Shown in pieces: positions 63,969 to 64,000 of a DNA stretch of 64,000 nt. Every line of letters starts with the position of its first letter. Position 1 is the stretch's first letter. This stretch comes from Paraspadella gotoi (taxonomy: Eukaryota; Animalia; Chaetognatha): assembly GCA_051294375.1 (NCBI GenBank), contig CM119265.1, forward strand, positions 9,868,339 to 9,932,338, written 5' to 3'. The position numbers and the translations under genes were made by a program. The notes beneath the pieces were generated by a model. That model made no database searches. It had not been told where the DNA came from and worked only from the letters and a program-made list of their open reading frames with translations.

Positions 63969-64000
63969 TCAATAGTCTCCCTTTTTAATTCCTTAAAAGG

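Overview
This is a repeat-rich eukaryotic window (invertebrate-metazoan-like) from a draft assembly, and it contains no protein-coding gene I can confidently recognise. Nearly all long ORFs in the track are translations of (GA)n/(CT)n, (TAAA)n, (GAC)n or (TTTTC)n microsatellites or of N-gaps. Much of the apparent large-scale structure is assembly artefact: six gaps of exactly 25 N with duplicated or fold-back flanks, an apparently identical 6,985-bp duplication (13863-20847 = 21594-28578) and a noisier inverted third copy (28604-31918). The best-supported biology is mobile DNA. (1) A non-autonomous Helentron-associated (HINE/DINE-1-like) family has a 12-bp subterminal inverted repeat, 5' and 3' hairpins, a (GTCY)n microsatellite and internal ~160-190-bp tandem units. 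It inserts into T-runs without a target-site duplication (TSD), and an empty-site allele is visible in the inverted copy. (2) That element carries a D-arm-less tRNA-like segment, and in one copy a 616-bp element with a 7-bp TSD and no real terminal inverted repeat (TIR) is inserted exactly at its 5' edge. (3) A ~250-bp dispersed repeat (4-5 copies) has terminal direct repeats and a 3' hairpin. There are also several promoter-like motif clusters and three weak coding-like islands. I do not see evidence for a complete novel multi-gene system.
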